Shown: positions 41,776 through 53,026 of the stretch, piece by piece
How positions within the stretch are numbered: the first letter of the stretch is position 1
How the letters are laid out: each line of letters starts with the position of its first letter
From: an uncultured cyanobacterium
GTDB lineage: Bacteria > Cyanobacteriota > Cyanobacteriia > Cyanobacteriales > Nostocaceae
DNA length: 64,000 nucleotides
Assembly: GCA_963706595.1 (NCBI GenBank)
Contig: OY970166.1
Span: 2,784,001 to 2,848,000 of the forward strand
Direction of reading: 5' to 3'
The notes under the pieces: model-generated
The model's database searches: none
The model's input: only the letters and a program-made list of their open reading frames with translations
What the model was told of the DNA's origin: nothing
Position numbers and translations under genes: made by a program

Positions 41776-42462
41776 ATGGTTGTAAATTTTGCTCGGACAT
41801 CTACGAACGCAGACATTTTAAGGCAAGTCTTCCACAGTGTTGATGCCCAAAGCTGTCCCAAGTTATTCAATTTTCACATGCATACTGTCCACTCAGATGG
41901 CAAGTTGCAACCAAGTACATTGATAGAACAGGCGATCGCCATCGGATTACAAGGATTGGCGATTACAGACCACCATAGTATTGGAGGGTATCAAGCAGCA
42001 CAAGCTTGGTTAGAAAACTGGAAATGGAGAAATTCCCATGAGAATAGTCCTTACTTATGGAGTGGGGTAGAAATTAATGCCAACCTTTTGGATGTGGAAG
42101 TGCATATTTTAGCTTATGCCTTTGAGCCAGAACATCCTAGTATCCAACCCTATTTGCAAAGTCAACCGACTACAGGCAAACACTATCAAGCACATAATGT
42201 CATTGCTGCCATCCAGCAAGCCGGGGGTTTGGCAGTTTTAGCTCATCCAGCCCGTTACAAGCGATCGCACTTTGACTTAATTCCGGCGGCGGCGGAACGG
42301 GGAATTGACGGTGTGGAGGCTTTCTACGCATACAAAAACCCCAAACCTTGGAAACCAAGTGTTTTGGAAACACAACAAGTACAACAGTTAGCCGATGAAT
42401 ATCAACTCTTTAATACCTGTGGTACTGATACCCACGGTTTAAGTCTGTTACAAAGGTTGTAA
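41776..42462 (+). CDS. PHP domain metal-dependent phosphoesterase
   Basis: HMHTVHSDG, AITDHH, GVEIN, HILAY, LAHP, GTDTHG. Confidence 0.92.
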   Translation: MVVNFARTSTNADILRQVFHSVDAQSCPKLFNFHMHTVHSDGKLQPSTLIEQAIAIGLQGLAITDHHSIGGYQAAQAWLENWKWRNSHENSPYLWSGVEINANLLDVEVHILAYAFEPEHPSIQPYLQSQPTTGKHYQAHNVIAAIQQAGGLAVLAHPARYKRSHFDLIPAAAERGIDGVEAFYAYKNPKPWKPSVLETQQVQQLADEYQLFNTCGTDTHGLSLLQRL

Positions 42463-42624
42463 AGAGAAATAAACTTTGATTAACAGTTTGGGTATTAGTA
42501 GCCAAAGCGCTACGAAAGATTAAAATGGGATATGGTCTAAACAAGCACTGCCCGCCAGCAAGGACATACTTATTCCCCATCCTGATAAACTTGTTTAGCA
42601 AAGCACTTTTGACAGTCTAAAACA

Positions 42625-43485
42625 ATGGAAGCATCTGCTAATTTCGATTTTGAGGACGATAAATTTAACGCCCCCCCTTCTCAAATCATCCCCTGGTGTC
42701 TGATGATTAATCCTCGCTATGGCACAGATGGCAATTCTTACGGGTTGGCGATTAGATTAGATAATGCCAATGCTGTAGGTTTTAAACCGGATGAAAACTG
42801 GCAACAGGTAGAGCATGAATTTAGCTCTGGAGTGGAAACAGTTTTTATCAGCGATACGCCAAAATTAGTTATAGTCCGCCGGGGTCCTTTATCTGTTAAA
42901 GACCGGGAAACTGGTAGCAAACTTGGTACTCTTAAAGAAAATTATGATGCTTTTTTAGCAGACAAACTTAAATTCAAAACTTTTACTCGCTACCTCATTT
43001 ATTTAGTAGGAGAAAATAAAAAATTTCTCCACGACTCTCCATTACAATTAACTCTTAGCGGCGCAGCCGGAGCAAGTTTCAGCAAAACTTACTGCGAATT
43101 TCAACAAGGAAGAGTGAGCGGTGGATTCGTTGCTGAACTAGAAAGAGCTTATGCTGTATATCGCCAGCAACCTGTTTCACCAAAAGGCTCTTTATTTCAC
43201 GCTCATGGAATTTTCTGCCCGATTATTGAGTGCGAAGAACGCGGAATTCAACCAAAGACTGCGCTGATAGCTTCCACAGTGGATTACAAGCATCCCACTG
43301 TGGGGACATTAACTGAATATCTAATTGCTTCAGATTCTGTTGAGTCGGCAATGATCTGCAAGACTTTTGAAGAACACAAAGAGTTTGGCAAAGAAACTAT
43401 CAAAGTCGAAGCCCCTAAACTGGCAGCAGTTGGTGTTTCTAATTCTTATATTTACGCGGATGAAGACGATTATCCCCCCTACTAG
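42625..43485 (+). CDS. Conserved cyanobacterial hypothetical protein (DUF5895-like)
   Basis: 286 aa; family name recalled, not verified. Confidence 0.65.
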   Translation: MEASANFDFEDDKFNAPPSQIIPWCLMINPRYGTDGNSYGLAIRLDNANAVGFKPDENWQQVEHEFSSGVETVFISDTPKLVIVRRGPLSVKDRETGSKLGTLKENYDAFLADKLKFKTFTRYLIYLVGENKKFLHDSPLQLTLSGAAGASFSKTYCEFQQGRVSGGFVAELERAYAVYRQQPVSPKGSLFHAHGIFCPIIECEERGIQPKTALIASTVDYKHPTVGTLTEYLIASDSVESAMICKTFEEHKEFGKETIKVEAPKLAAVGVSNSYIYADEDDYPPY

Positions 43486-43525
43486 CGTGGGGAGTAGGGA
43501 GTGGGGAGTGGGGAGTGGGGAGTTT

Positions 43526-43605
43526 GTAGGGTGTGTTGTCGCATAGCGCAACGCACCATCCTCAATTCTCGGTGCGTTAGGACTAACGTCCATAACACAC
43601 CTTAC
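43526..43605. repeat. GTAG-type REP doublet (REPIN-like) within an STRR region
   Basis: GTAGGGTGTGTT...AACGCACC / GGTGCGTT...AACACACCTTAC; related copy at 53383-53464. Confidence 0.7.
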
Positions 43606-43695
43606 CCAAACTTAACAACTGTTCCTCTTCTCCCCTGCACCCTGCACCCTGCCCCCTTTCCTCGTCTCCCCCTGCACTCTGCCTCTTCCCATGCT

Positions 43696-44961
43696 CTATC
43701 TCTTTAGTAGTAAATAATACAGTGAACCGTTACCACCTGTAACACCAGCGCGATCGCCTGCTACTTTGCCAGAACCCATGAAATAATCCACCCTACCTGG
43801 GCCTCTGATGGCGCTTCCTGTATCTTGATCAAGTACAAAGCGGCTCACAGTCCGATATTCCAACTGGCCATTGCTCATCGCATAAGGAAGTGAAGTATGA
43901 ACCAGTGCTAGTGCGCCTGGAGGCATGAGAGACTTATCTGTAGCAATGGAACGCTCGGCTGTAACTGGGACATTAATACTACCAGTAGCTGGTCTACCAG
44001 CGTTTTCTTGGAAGAAGACAAATCTTTCCCATCGGGGGAGATAATTAGTCATTTCCTGGGGGTTAGTTTGGAAAAAGTTCATAATCCCCGGCATATTTAA
44101 TTGATTTGCCGCTAACTTGCCATCTTTAGACAGTTGTCCGCCGATACTTGTCCAGGGGTAATCTGTGCCACCAGCAAAGCCCACAGAGGTTTTCGTACCA
44201 TCAGTTAACTCAATTTGGGCAGAACCTTGGATATGTACCATGTATGCCTCGAAGCGATCGCGGAACCAGAGCATTTCTAAACCGCGCAACTGGCTTCTTT
44301 CCCCTAGTAAACCGTCTTGACCTTCGAGATCAACGCGTTTGGGGTGAGGTTTAGCCCATTGATCAAAATCGGGTGGTCGGCGATACAAGGGATATTTATA
44401 TTCTTCCGTTCTCACCCGGCTCGCAGTATAAATAGGCTCAAAATAAGCAGTAAACTTCACAGTCCCTTTGCCATCATTGCCCACAGACTTGAAAAAGGTA
44501 AACTCTCGCCGGACAGCAGCTTGGAGTTGGGCTGGAGATTTAGAATTAACAACAAGTTGACGGAACCGAATCAAACTCCGACGCACCCGATCATGAGTAA
44601 TTCCCCTGACTGGATAATTTTTATAGGCGGCGATCACACTATTTCTTGACAAATAACTCAAACTATGGTCAATAGCAGTCAGCAAAGCCTGGCGATCGCC
44701 GCCACCAGATTTACCCACTTGATTCCACAGTTGCTCATCCCAACCCAAGCAAGCGTGTCTGGGAGTACAATTGTTGCCCAGGTTGAGGGGTTTAAGGGGT
44801 ACTGGCGACTTTACTTGCGGAGTACGTGCCTGGACTAGCTGCTGTATCTGAGGTTTGGCTGGTACTCGTAACGGGATAGGAACCTGAGCTACAGCCGACC
44901 AGATAGTATTTATAAAAGCAATTCCCAAACTGAGGGAAACCAAAGCAAGGCTTTTTCTCAT
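43696..44961 (-). CDS. mltA: Murein transglycosylase A
   Basis: FTAYFEP, HIQGS, RFVFF, RSIATD, DQDTGSAI.GPGRVDYF.GSG. Confidence 0.93.
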   Translation of the reverse strand: MRKSLALVSLSLGIAFINTIWSAVAQVPIPLRVPAKPQIQQLVQARTPQVKSPVPLKPLNLGNNCTPRHACLGWDEQLWNQVGKSGGGDRQALLTAIDHSLSYLSRNSVIAAYKNYPVRGITHDRVRRSLIRFRQLVVNSKSPAQLQAAVRREFTFFKSVGNDGKGTVKFTAYFEPIYTASRVRTEEYKYPLYRRPPDFDQWAKPHPKRVDLEGQDGLLGERSQLRGLEMLWFRDRFEAYMVHIQGSAQIELTDGTKTSVGFAGGTDYPWTSIGGQLSKDGKLAANQLNMPGIMNFFQTNPQEMTNYLPRWERFVFFQENAGRPATGSINVPVTAERSIATDKSLMPPGALALVHTSLPYAMSNGQLEYRTVSRFVLDQDTGSAIRGPGRVDYFMGSGKVAGDRAGVTGGNGSLYYLLLKR

Positions 44962-44964
44962 GAT

Positions 44965-45219
44965 TTAGTTGAATCTTTCAACGCTAGAGCTAAAAACTGG
45001 TTCTACCCGGATGGCGACAATCCGACTTGGACGTATTACTAAGTACTCCTGCTGAATATTCTTGATTGGCACGTTAATTAATTCATTAGAATCAAACTTA
45101 GGCATGAGCGAACCGCTATACCACTTTTGAAAATCTTGAAAAGTGGCAAAACGTACTTCTTCCCTGTGACCGCCTTCTAATAAAAGGTGTACGGCAAATT
45201 CATTTGCTGTTCTAGGCAT
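44965..45219 (-). CDS. Small conserved hypothetical protein
   Basis: 84 aa, 3 nt upstream of mltA, same strand. Confidence 0.75.
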   Translation of the reverse strand: MPRTANEFAVHLLLEGGHREEVRFATFQDFQKWYSGSLMPKFDSNELINVPIKNIQQEYLVIRPSRIVAIRVEPVFSSSVERFN

Positions 45220-45479
45220 AAAATTGAATCATTTAAAACATATTCAACTCATTGTTAACCACCGAACGCCACAATGAAAAGGGTAAGCATACGGGAGCAA
45301 GAGTTGCTTTTTGGCATAATTTTTAATTAATCACGCATCACTCCTCACTTTTCGCCTTTACTTTGACTCTAGACGGCCTTCAGTTTTACCAGTTCCCTAA
45401 AAAGTCACCGCACTGTTTTAAATTCCAATGCACTAGTAGTTTGGAAGGATTAAAAATCAAGAAAAGCCGTCCTAGAAGG

Positions 45480-45525
45480 CTTGTACTGAGCAGTTCGACA
45501 GGCTCACTGTATCACTTGTCGAAGT
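45480..45525. repeat. 46-bp short dispersed repeat
   Basis: Inverted near-identical copy at 53098-53143. Confidence 0.75.
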
Positions 45526-46078
45526 GACGGAGCTTGTATCCCATTATTTCCGGTCATTTTATAGCAACCGCAACGTCAACTAATGTTGTTGAGGTCCCTT
45601 AGCATCACACTCTTTATTCAAGCACCGTTCAAGAAGTCCAATTCGCCAGCTATAGGCAAAACGACGAGGATTTAATTCTAATTTAGAATTGCGACTAAAT
45701 AAGGGTTGGTTCAGATACTGCCAAAAAGGAAATTTAATCTTGTTGTGTTGTGCGGACATAGGAGGAACAAAATAGTATAAAAGCGTTGCGGCAGGGTAGT
45801 TGGCAAGTTGTGCGAGAATTGCCAGATACTGATTCCCTAGTTTAAGATGACATGATACATATTGAATTGTCTTGGTGGCAATTGCGGAATTTTACTTAAA
45901 AATTTATGTCAGACTTGCTAGACTGACCATGACGCTAAAAGTTCCTACTAGAGTCTACAAGGAATTTTCTTTGCCAAATGAGATCAATTGCTCGAATCTA
46001 AGTAAATCCACAAGAAGGCTCCCGCCAAATTTGAGACTATGACAGGAGCCTGATCATCAAGATTAATCTATTAATCTG

Positions 46079-47791
46079 CTAATAATGAGTGCCTGTTTTC
46101 CGATGGTTCATAGCAGTAACGGCATCAGGTTTGATTAATTTACCATTGTCAACAGTGGCATAAACGACCCAGTGATCACCACATTCCATCAGTTCATTGA
46201 CTGAGCATTCCACATAAGCTAGAGCATCAGTGAGAATTGTACAGCCATTATCTGCAACTGTGGTGCTAAAATTGGTAAATCTGTCTTCTCCGGGAGCAAA
46301 ACTTTTGCGGAAATGCTTGGTGTACTCTAAATGATTACCTTCCTCCAGGATATTCAAAGCAAATTTACTACCTGGATACATTAAAGATTCTATAGCTCGG
46401 TCTTTGGCGATCGCCACAGTCAGACCAGGAGGATTGAATGTAGCTTGAGACACCCAAGTGCCTAGCATCCCCGTAGACACATCACCTTGTTTAGCTGAAA
46501 CGACACAAACCGAACCAACAATCCGACCTACAGCTTGTTCCATAGCCGTAGCAGATTCTTGTGGTAAGCGGACTTTTTTCGCCTTTTTCAAAGTTTGGGC
46601 AAAATCTGTACCCACTTCTTCACAGAACTTGAGTGTTACATCATCAGGCTTAAACTTGACCCTCAGAGTATCAAATCCAAACCGATAACCAGCATCCCGC
46701 AGTTTACCTTCAATTAAATCAAAGGCTTCACCACTCCAGCCGTAAGAACCAAAAACCCCTGCGAGTTTGTTGCTATCACCAACTGTTAATACGATTCCCA
46801 AAGCCGTATGAATAGGAGTCGGAGCATGACCTCCGATAGTGGGAGAACCAATCAAAAAGCCATCACACTTTTGAATTGCAACGTGGATTTCATCAGGGGT
46901 GGCAAATTCGCAGTTAATCAAATGCACTGCGGCTCCACCTTTAGTTAATCCCAAAGCCATCGCCTGGGCTAGGATAGCTGTATTTCCATAAGCGGAAGCA
47001 TAAAGTAGAGCAACAGATATCTCCCGATCCTTTTGAGCATCGCTCCATTCTGCGTAAGCTTTAGTCAGTTCCATTAAGCCAGTACGTACCAATGGACCGT
47101 GACCCGCAGCATACATTCTCACCTGGAAATCTGAGATTTTCTCCAAAGCTGATTCTACGTGCTGAGATTGGGGAGCCATCAGACAGTTGTAGTAGTAGCG
47201 TTGGTCTTCTTTCAATGCTTCCCAGTTGTCATCAAACACCTCATCGCCACAGATATGAGCGCCAAAAAGCTTATCTGTGTAGAGAATTTGGGTTTTTTCG
47301 TCGTAAGTACAAAGTCCTTCTGGCCAACGAGGACTAGGAATAGGTAAGAATTTTAAAACATGACCCTTACCTAAATCTAGAGTTTCTTTCCCCCGCATCA
47401 CTAAAATTTCTAAGGCGTTATCTGGGAAAGCATGACGCAAATTAGCTTCACTGGGAAGAGAACAAACAAATGTTACCTGTGGTGCTAATTCTAAAATTGC
47501 CTTGAGTGTGGGTACACGGTTGGGGCTAAAATGACCCAGGATCACATAATCCAACTCTTTCAAGTTGATGGTCTGCTGTAATGCCTGGACATAAATTTCT
47601 GTGAAGGTTTCAGCCGGTGGGTCAATAATTGCGGTTTTATCGCCTTCAATTAAATAACAATTGGAGGTAGTACCTCTTTCTCGTGCGTATTCAATTTCAA
47701 ACCGCAGGCGTGACCAACTACGCGCTCTAATAAATTTCGTGTTTGTAGCGATGGGGAGAACTTGTACGTCACGGGGTTTGGAATTGCTCAT
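46079..47791 (-). CDS. flv1B: Flavodiiron protein, Flv1-type (probably heterocyst Flv1B)
   Basis: Metallo-beta-lactamase, flavodoxin and flavin reductase domains; non-canonical iron ligands (GHFSPNR, PRWPE); downstream of an Flv3-type gene. The B-paralog call rests on adjacency and recalled N-terminus. Confidence 0.8.
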   Translation of the reverse strand: MSNSKPRDVQVLPIATNTKFIRARSWSRLRFEIEYARERGTTSNCYLIEGDKTAIIDPPAETFTEIYVQALQQTINLKELDYVILGHFSPNRVPTLKAILELAPQVTFVCSLPSEANLRHAFPDNALEILVMRGKETLDLGKGHVLKFLPIPSPRWPEGLCTYDEKTQILYTDKLFGAHICGDEVFDDNWEALKEDQRYYYNCLMAPQSQHVESALEKISDFQVRMYAAGHGPLVRTGLMELTKAYAEWSDAQKDREISVALLYASAYGNTAILAQAMALGLTKGGAAVHLINCEFATPDEIHVAIQKCDGFLIGSPTIGGHAPTPIHTALGIVLTVGDSNKLAGVFGSYGWSGEAFDLIEGKLRDAGYRFGFDTLRVKFKPDDVTLKFCEEVGTDFAQTLKKAKKVRLPQESATAMEQAVGRIVGSVCVVSAKQGDVSTGMLGTWVSQATFNPPGLTVAIAKDRAIESLMYPGSKFALNILEEGNHLEYTKHFRKSFAPGEDRFTNFSTTVADNGCTILTDALAYVECSVNELMECGDHWVVYATVDNGKLIKPDAVTAMNHRKTGTHY

Positions 47792-47954
47792 AGATTTTTG
47801 GTGAAAAAGTGTGGAAAAAACATGGAAAAACCGGATAGCAGGTGCATCGGTTTTTAGCAGATTTCAGGAAGCGATTCAAAAAAGCTTTCATGGAAATAAG
47901 GGGGTGTAGAGATGGCAGGAAGAATTAGGGATGCAAAGGGGAAGAAATTCTCAA

Positions 47955-48001
<47 letters not shown>

Positions 48002-48003
48002 AA

Positions 48004-49722
48004 TTAGTAGTAGTTACCTACTTTGCGATGGCGAACTGCTGTCAGTGCATCAGATTTAGACACACGACCTTCTGCAACGGTGCAGTATAAAAGCCAGTGG
48101 TCGCTGCATTCCATGCTCTTTTGGATTTCACATTCCATGTATGCGAGAGCGTCGGTGAGGATGGGAGAACCGTTTTTGGCGGTTTGGGTTTTGACTCCTG
48201 CAAATCTGTCAGCACCGGGATGTAAGCGCTTGAGGAAGTGCTTTTTCAGTTCTTGATAATTGCCTTCTTCAAGGACATTCAGAACAAAGCGATCGCCTAC
48301 TTGCATCAACGAATCAATGGCGCGGTCTTTGGCGACGGCAATTGTGAATCCTAAAGGTTGTAAACTTGCTTGCGCTACCCAGGAAGCTAACATGGCACTG
48401 CTGATATCACCTTTTTTGGTAGTGACAATGTACAGTCCGTTGCTAATCCGTCCCAGGGCTTTTTCTAAGTTGACATCTAAAGACTTAATTTGCTTGATGT
48501 TACGTTCGCGCATCAGCAATTGTCCCAAGTCTACACCAGCTTCTTGGCACATTTGGAATGTACTGGCGGTGGGAGCTTCTTTAATCCGAATGGCTGGGAA
48601 GGCTTCTTTTACACCCAAGTCAATAAACTTTCTCCGCAAGGTGTCAATGGGTTCATCATCACCGCCGTAACATTCAAACAAGCCCACCATTTGCTTGTTT
48701 TTAACAACGGATAATAAGGAACTAATCCCAGCTTGAGCCGCAGCAGCACTAGATGGAGGCATTCCAATAATCACGCCAGTGGCTCTACCTGCTAGTTCTT
48801 GAATTTCTTGCGGTTCGGCTGTGCTGATATCAATGACTTCTATACCGACTCCGGTTTTTTGGATACCTTCAGCTATGGCTAAACCTAGCTGATCGCTATA
48901 GCCATACTCGGAAACATAAAACAAGCCGACGGTGGTTTCTGTTTTAGCTTGTTTTTGACTCCAATTGTGGTAGCACTCTTTTAACAAGTCTAAGTTATGG
49001 TACAGGAGGGGACCGTGACCGTTGGCGATCATGTTAATTTTCCCCAAATCGCCCATTCTCTTCATGGCATTCAAAAGAGAACGAGCATTTGGCCCCATTA
49101 GACAGTCATAGTAAAATCTAAAGTCGGCTTCAATCGCTTCTAAGTCTTCATCAAAGGTGCGATCATCACAGAAGTGCATCCCAAAAGCATCACAGGTGAA
49201 CAGGGTTTGGGTTTTGCGGTCAAAGCTGAAGATTGTATCTGGCCAGTGGAGGTTAGGCGCACTGACAAATTCAATTTCGTGTCCTTTACCAATGTCGATG
49301 CGATCGCCACTTTTAACAATCCGCTTGGAAAAGGGATCGTGTACCAAACCTTCCAAAAACTGAAGGGCAATTTTTGAAGCTAAAACAGTCGCTCTAGGCG
49401 CTAACTGCAACACATCTTCCACCAAGCCGCTATGGTCTGGTTCTGTGTGACTAACGATTATGTAATCAATTGTCTTGGGGTTAACCAGTCCTTTGAGTGT
49501 ATCTAAATATAGTTGACGAAACTTCTGGTGAGAAGTATCGATCAAAATTGTCTGCTCACCCCTAATCAGATATGAATTATATGTCGTCCCGTTTTGCAGT
49601 CCGAATTCGATATCGAAGCGATCGCGATCCCAATCAAGCGAGCGAATCGCCGTTGTGTTAGGGGCAATTTCTACAGTCTGTATAGTTAATCGATGCTGTA
49701 CGTTCTCTGCGACCGTTACCAT
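48004..49722 (-). CDS. flv3B: Flavodiiron protein, Flv3-type (probably heterocyst Flv3B)
   Basis: HTEPDHSG, LHWPD, CDAFG, NGHGP canonical di-iron ligands; flavin reductase C-terminus. Confidence 0.82.
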   Translation of the reverse strand: MVTVAENVQHRLTIQTVEIAPNTTAIRSLDWDRDRFDIEFGLQNGTTYNSYLIRGEQTILIDTSHQKFRQLYLDTLKGLVNPKTIDYIIVSHTEPDHSGLVEDVLQLAPRATVLASKIALQFLEGLVHDPFSKRIVKSGDRIDIGKGHEIEFVSAPNLHWPDTIFSFDRKTQTLFTCDAFGMHFCDDRTFDEDLEAIEADFRFYYDCLMGPNARSLLNAMKRMGDLGKINMIANGHGPLLYHNLDLLKECYHNWSQKQAKTETTVGLFYVSEYGYSDQLGLAIAEGIQKTGVGIEVIDISTAEPQEIQELAGRATGVIIGMPPSSAAAAQAGISSLLSVVKNKQMVGLFECYGGDDEPIDTLRRKFIDLGVKEAFPAIRIKEAPTASTFQMCQEAGVDLGQLLMRERNIKQIKSLDVNLEKALGRISNGLYIVTTKKGDISSAMLASWVAQASLQPLGFTIAVAKDRAIDSLMQVGDRFVLNVLEEGNYQELKKHFLKRLHPGADRFAGVKTQTAKNGSPILTDALAYMECEIQKSMECSDHWLLYCTVAEGRVSKSDALTAVRHRKVGNYY

Positions 49723-50128
49723 GCTTCGTCTCCGAGCGCAAATTTTTAGTATTCTTTTTCTGCACTCATTTTCGCTGATATCTATTTTTAAAGTTGTAAT
49801 GAAGATGCTATTTTGATAATTTAAACTTGTATTAACTATTGCTGTTTAATGGTGTTTTTTCTAACTCAAAACATCTACTATATTTCTGGCTAGATAAAAT
49901 CTTTAATTCCATCATATATGTCTTGTTTCTCTAACAAGATTTTCGTAATGAAAAGCATAGAATAAAGTTTTTAACGCAGAGGTCGCTGAGTACACGCAAA
50001 GTTACGCGGAGTCTTGATTTAAACATTTTGTGTGGCAATTTTTATAGTATGATTACTAATCATATAAGCTATTTCATAGCCCCCTCCTCGCTTGCGGGGA
50101 GGGGGTTGGGGGTGGGGTTCTTTTAATT

Positions 50129-51712
50129 ATGACTGAACAAAAGGGCAAAGTTTATCTGGTCGGTGCTGGCCCTGGAGATGTGGCATATCTGACGGTGAAG
50201 GCTTACAGTCTATTAGGCACAGCTCAGGTATTAATCTATGATGCTTTAGTAGATCAGCAATTATTACAGTGTGTATCACCTAATTGTCTGCGGCTAGATG
50301 TTGGTAAACGTGGTGGTAAACCTAGTACGTCTCAAGGGGAAATTAATCAATTACTTGTGCAGCACTGTTTGCAAGGAAAACAAGTGGTGCGCCTAAAATC
50401 AGGTGATCCGTTTATTTTTGGGCGTTGTACGGCGGAAATTCAAGCTCTGCAAGCGTCTGGCTGTGAGTTTGAAGTTGTACCCGGAATTTCTTCGGCGCTT
50501 GCGGCTCCATTAATGGCTGGGATTCCTTTGACAGATCCGGTTCTGAGTCGTTGTTTTGCTGTGTTGACAGCCCATGAACCAGATGCTTTAGATTGGGAAG
50601 CGTTATCTCGCTTAGACACGTTAGTAATATTGATGGGTGGGCGACATCTGCCGGAGATCATACACCAATTACTCAGGCACGGGCGATCGCCTTCTACAGC
50701 CATTGCCATTATCCGTTGGGCGGGAACTCCCCAGCAACAAATTTGGACAGCCGAACTGGATCATATTCTCGAACAAACGAGCGGCGTTTCTCTCTCCCCA
50801 GTGGTAATTGTGATTGGCGAAGTTGTGAGATTATGCAATTACCTAAAACCTGAGAAAATATCTTTAAATCAAGCTTCTCACGCCCAAACTATGTCAAGCA
50901 ACTTTTCTGCATCTCCCCACCTCCCCCTCACAGGGAAAACTATCCTGGTGACGCGTGCTTCTGGACAATCGAGCCAATTTAGCGATCGCCTCACCGCATC
51001 CGGTGCTACTGTGATTTCAATGCCAACTTTAGAAATTGTCCCGCCTTCGAGTTGGGATGGTTTGGATCAGGCGATCGCTAATTTAACTGATTTTCACTGG
51101 TTAATTCTCACTTCCAGCAATGGCGTAGACTATTTTTTTGAGAGATTATTCGCCCAAGGTAGAGATGTTAGGGCTTTAGCTGGGGTGAAAATTGCCGTTG
51201 TTGGTGAAAAAACAGCCGCAACTCTCAGCAACTACTGTCTTGAACCGGATTTTATTCCCCCTAATTTTGTCGCTGATTCTTTAGTAGCCAATTTTCCCGC
51301 AGCATTACAGGGTAAAAAGTTGTTATTTCCCAGAGTAGAAAGCGGTGGACGAGAAGTTTTAGTGCAAGAATTAACGGCTAAAGGTGCAAAAGTTGTAGAA
51401 GTGGCTGCATATCAATCTCGCTGTCCTAGTAGTATTCCAGAATCAGCCAAATTAGCTCTGCAAAATCGCACTGTTGATATAATTACTTTTGCTAGTTCTA
51501 AAACTGTCAAATTTTTCTGCCAACTCATAGAAGAGATATTTGACCAGAAATCTGACATAACTGATGCTTTAGAGCAAATTTGTATTGCTTCTATCGGTCC
51601 CGAAACTTCTAAAAGTTGCCATGCATTATTCGGGCGCGTGAATATTGAAGCTGAGGAATATACTTTAGATGGCTTAACTCAAGCACTGATTAAATGGGTG
51701 AAAAATTCTTAA
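50129..51712 (+). CDS. cobA/hemD: Uroporphyrinogen-III C-methyltransferase / uroporphyrinogen-III synthase fusion
   Basis: VYLVGAGPGD, VVRLKSGDPFIFGR, VVPGISS; then ILVTRA, TSSNGV, FASSKTV, IGPET. Confidence 0.94.
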   Translation: MTEQKGKVYLVGAGPGDVAYLTVKAYSLLGTAQVLIYDALVDQQLLQCVSPNCLRLDVGKRGGKPSTSQGEINQLLVQHCLQGKQVVRLKSGDPFIFGRCTAEIQALQASGCEFEVVPGISSALAAPLMAGIPLTDPVLSRCFAVLTAHEPDALDWEALSRLDTLVILMGGRHLPEIIHQLLRHGRSPSTAIAIIRWAGTPQQQIWTAELDHILEQTSGVSLSPVVIVIGEVVRLCNYLKPEKISLNQASHAQTMSSNFSASPHLPLTGKTILVTRASGQSSQFSDRLTASGATVISMPTLEIVPPSSWDGLDQAIANLTDFHWLILTSSNGVDYFFERLFAQGRDVRALAGVKIAVVGEKTAATLSNYCLEPDFIPPNFVADSLVANFPAALQGKKLLFPRVESGGREVLVQELTAKGAKVVEVAAYQSRCPSSIPESAKLALQNRTVDIITFASSKTVKFFCQLIEEIFDQKSDITDALEQICIASIGPETSKSCHALFGRVNIEAEEYTLDGLTQALIKWVKNS

Positions 51713-51719
51713 CTTACTC

Positions 51720-52310
51720 ATGAATAAACGCATCATCGGCTTAACTGGAGGTATTGCTACAGGTAAAACCACCGTCGCCAATTATTTGGCTAGTGCTTAT
51801 AATCTGCCAATTTTCGATGCAGATATCTATGCTAGGGATGCGGTAGCTGTGGGTTCGCCGATTCTGAAGGCGATCGCACAACGTTACGGTCAAGAAATCG
51901 TCCTCCCAGATAGTAGCCTCAACCGAGAAAAACTCGGTGAAATTATCTTTACACAGCCAGATGAACGCCACTGGGTAGAAAATTTAATTCATCCTGATGT
52001 AGTCCATCGTTTTGAACAAGCGATCGCGCAATCATCATCACAAACACTTATTTTAGTTATCCCCCTACTATTTGAAGCCCAAATGACCAACTTAGTTACA
52101 GAAATCTGGGTTGTCTACTGTTCCGAACTACAACAACTGCAAAGATTAATCCAACGAAATCATTTAACACCAGAACAAGCCCAAACGCGCATCAACAGCC
52201 AGTTATCCCTATCAAAAAAAGCTGCCCGTGCAGACATTACTCTAAATAACTCATCCACCCCAGAAAGCTTACTACAACAGATAGATGTTGCTATTACAAT
52301 CAATACCTAA
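51720..52310 (+). CDS. coaE: Dephospho-CoA kinase
   Basis: IGLTGGIATGKT, DAD, IHP, IPLLFE, RINSQ. Confidence 0.95.
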   Translation: MNKRIIGLTGGIATGKTTVANYLASAYNLPIFDADIYARDAVAVGSPILKAIAQRYGQEIVLPDSSLNREKLGEIIFTQPDERHWVENLIHPDVVHRFEQAIAQSSSQTLILVIPLLFEAQMTNLVTEIWVVYCSELQQLQRLIQRNHLTPEQAQTRINSQLSLSKKAARADITLNNSSTPESLLQQIDVAITINT

Positions 52311-52513
52311 AGTAATCTCATCTAAAAAAAAGGGAGCATCCCAACGCATTAAAAACCTAAAATACCGATGCAAAAAACCCATTAAACCCTCTTCCCTTGG
52401 CGTTCTTTGCGCCTAAAGCCCTGGGGGCATACGCTACGCGTTAGCGGAGCTTCGCTTTAGCGATAGGCGGTTCGTAAAAAAAAATCCCCTTAAAACACCA
52501 AAAAAAATTAACT

Positions 52514-53026
52514 ATGTATCACAAAATTTTAGTTGCTGTAGACAAATCAGAAATGACTCAATATGTATTTGAACAAGCAGTATTTTTAGCAAAAGCTGCT
52601 GATGCCGAAATCATGTTGCTACACATATTATCCCCATTAGAAGACCCCTATATCAGCCCTGTATTTACACAACCAGACCTCATGTATCCATCTGTGCAAA
52701 CCACACCTATGGATAGGTATATACGAGAGTGGGAAGAACTCAAACAACAAAGACTAGATTGGTTGCGATCGCTCAGTGAAACAGCAATTAACGCAGGTGT
52801 AAAAACTGGTTTCACCCAAAATCTTGGTGATGCAGGGAGGATAATTTGTGAAGTCGCTCGTAATTGGCCAGCCGACTTAATTCTTGTTGGTCGTCGAGGT
52901 CGGACTGGAATCAGTGAATTTTTGCTAGGTAGTGTGAGCAATTATGTTCTACATCATGCGCCTTGCTCAATGTTGATAGTACAAGGACGTATTCCTAACA
53001 CCGCAGAAATTCCTCCTCATGCATAG
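52514..53026 (+). CDS. Universal stress protein
   Basis: KILVAVD, ADLILVGRRG, LLGSVSNYVLHHAPCS. Confidence 0.94.
   Translation: MYHKILVAVDKSEMTQYVFEQAVFLAKAADAEIMLLHILSPLEDPYISPVFTQPDLMYPSVQTTPMDRYIREWEELKQQRLDWLRSLSETAINAGVKTGFTQNLGDAGRIICEVARNWPADLILVGRRGRTGISEFLLGSVSNYVLHHAPCSMLIVQGRIPNTAEIPPHA

Noticed and set aside
45220..46078. Riboswitch or sRNA in the long intergenic region (GGCAAAAC near 45655 resembles the start of a c-di-GMP-I motif)
   Set aside because: The following GAAA loop and paired stems could not be found by eye; an Rfam/Infernal scan would be needed.
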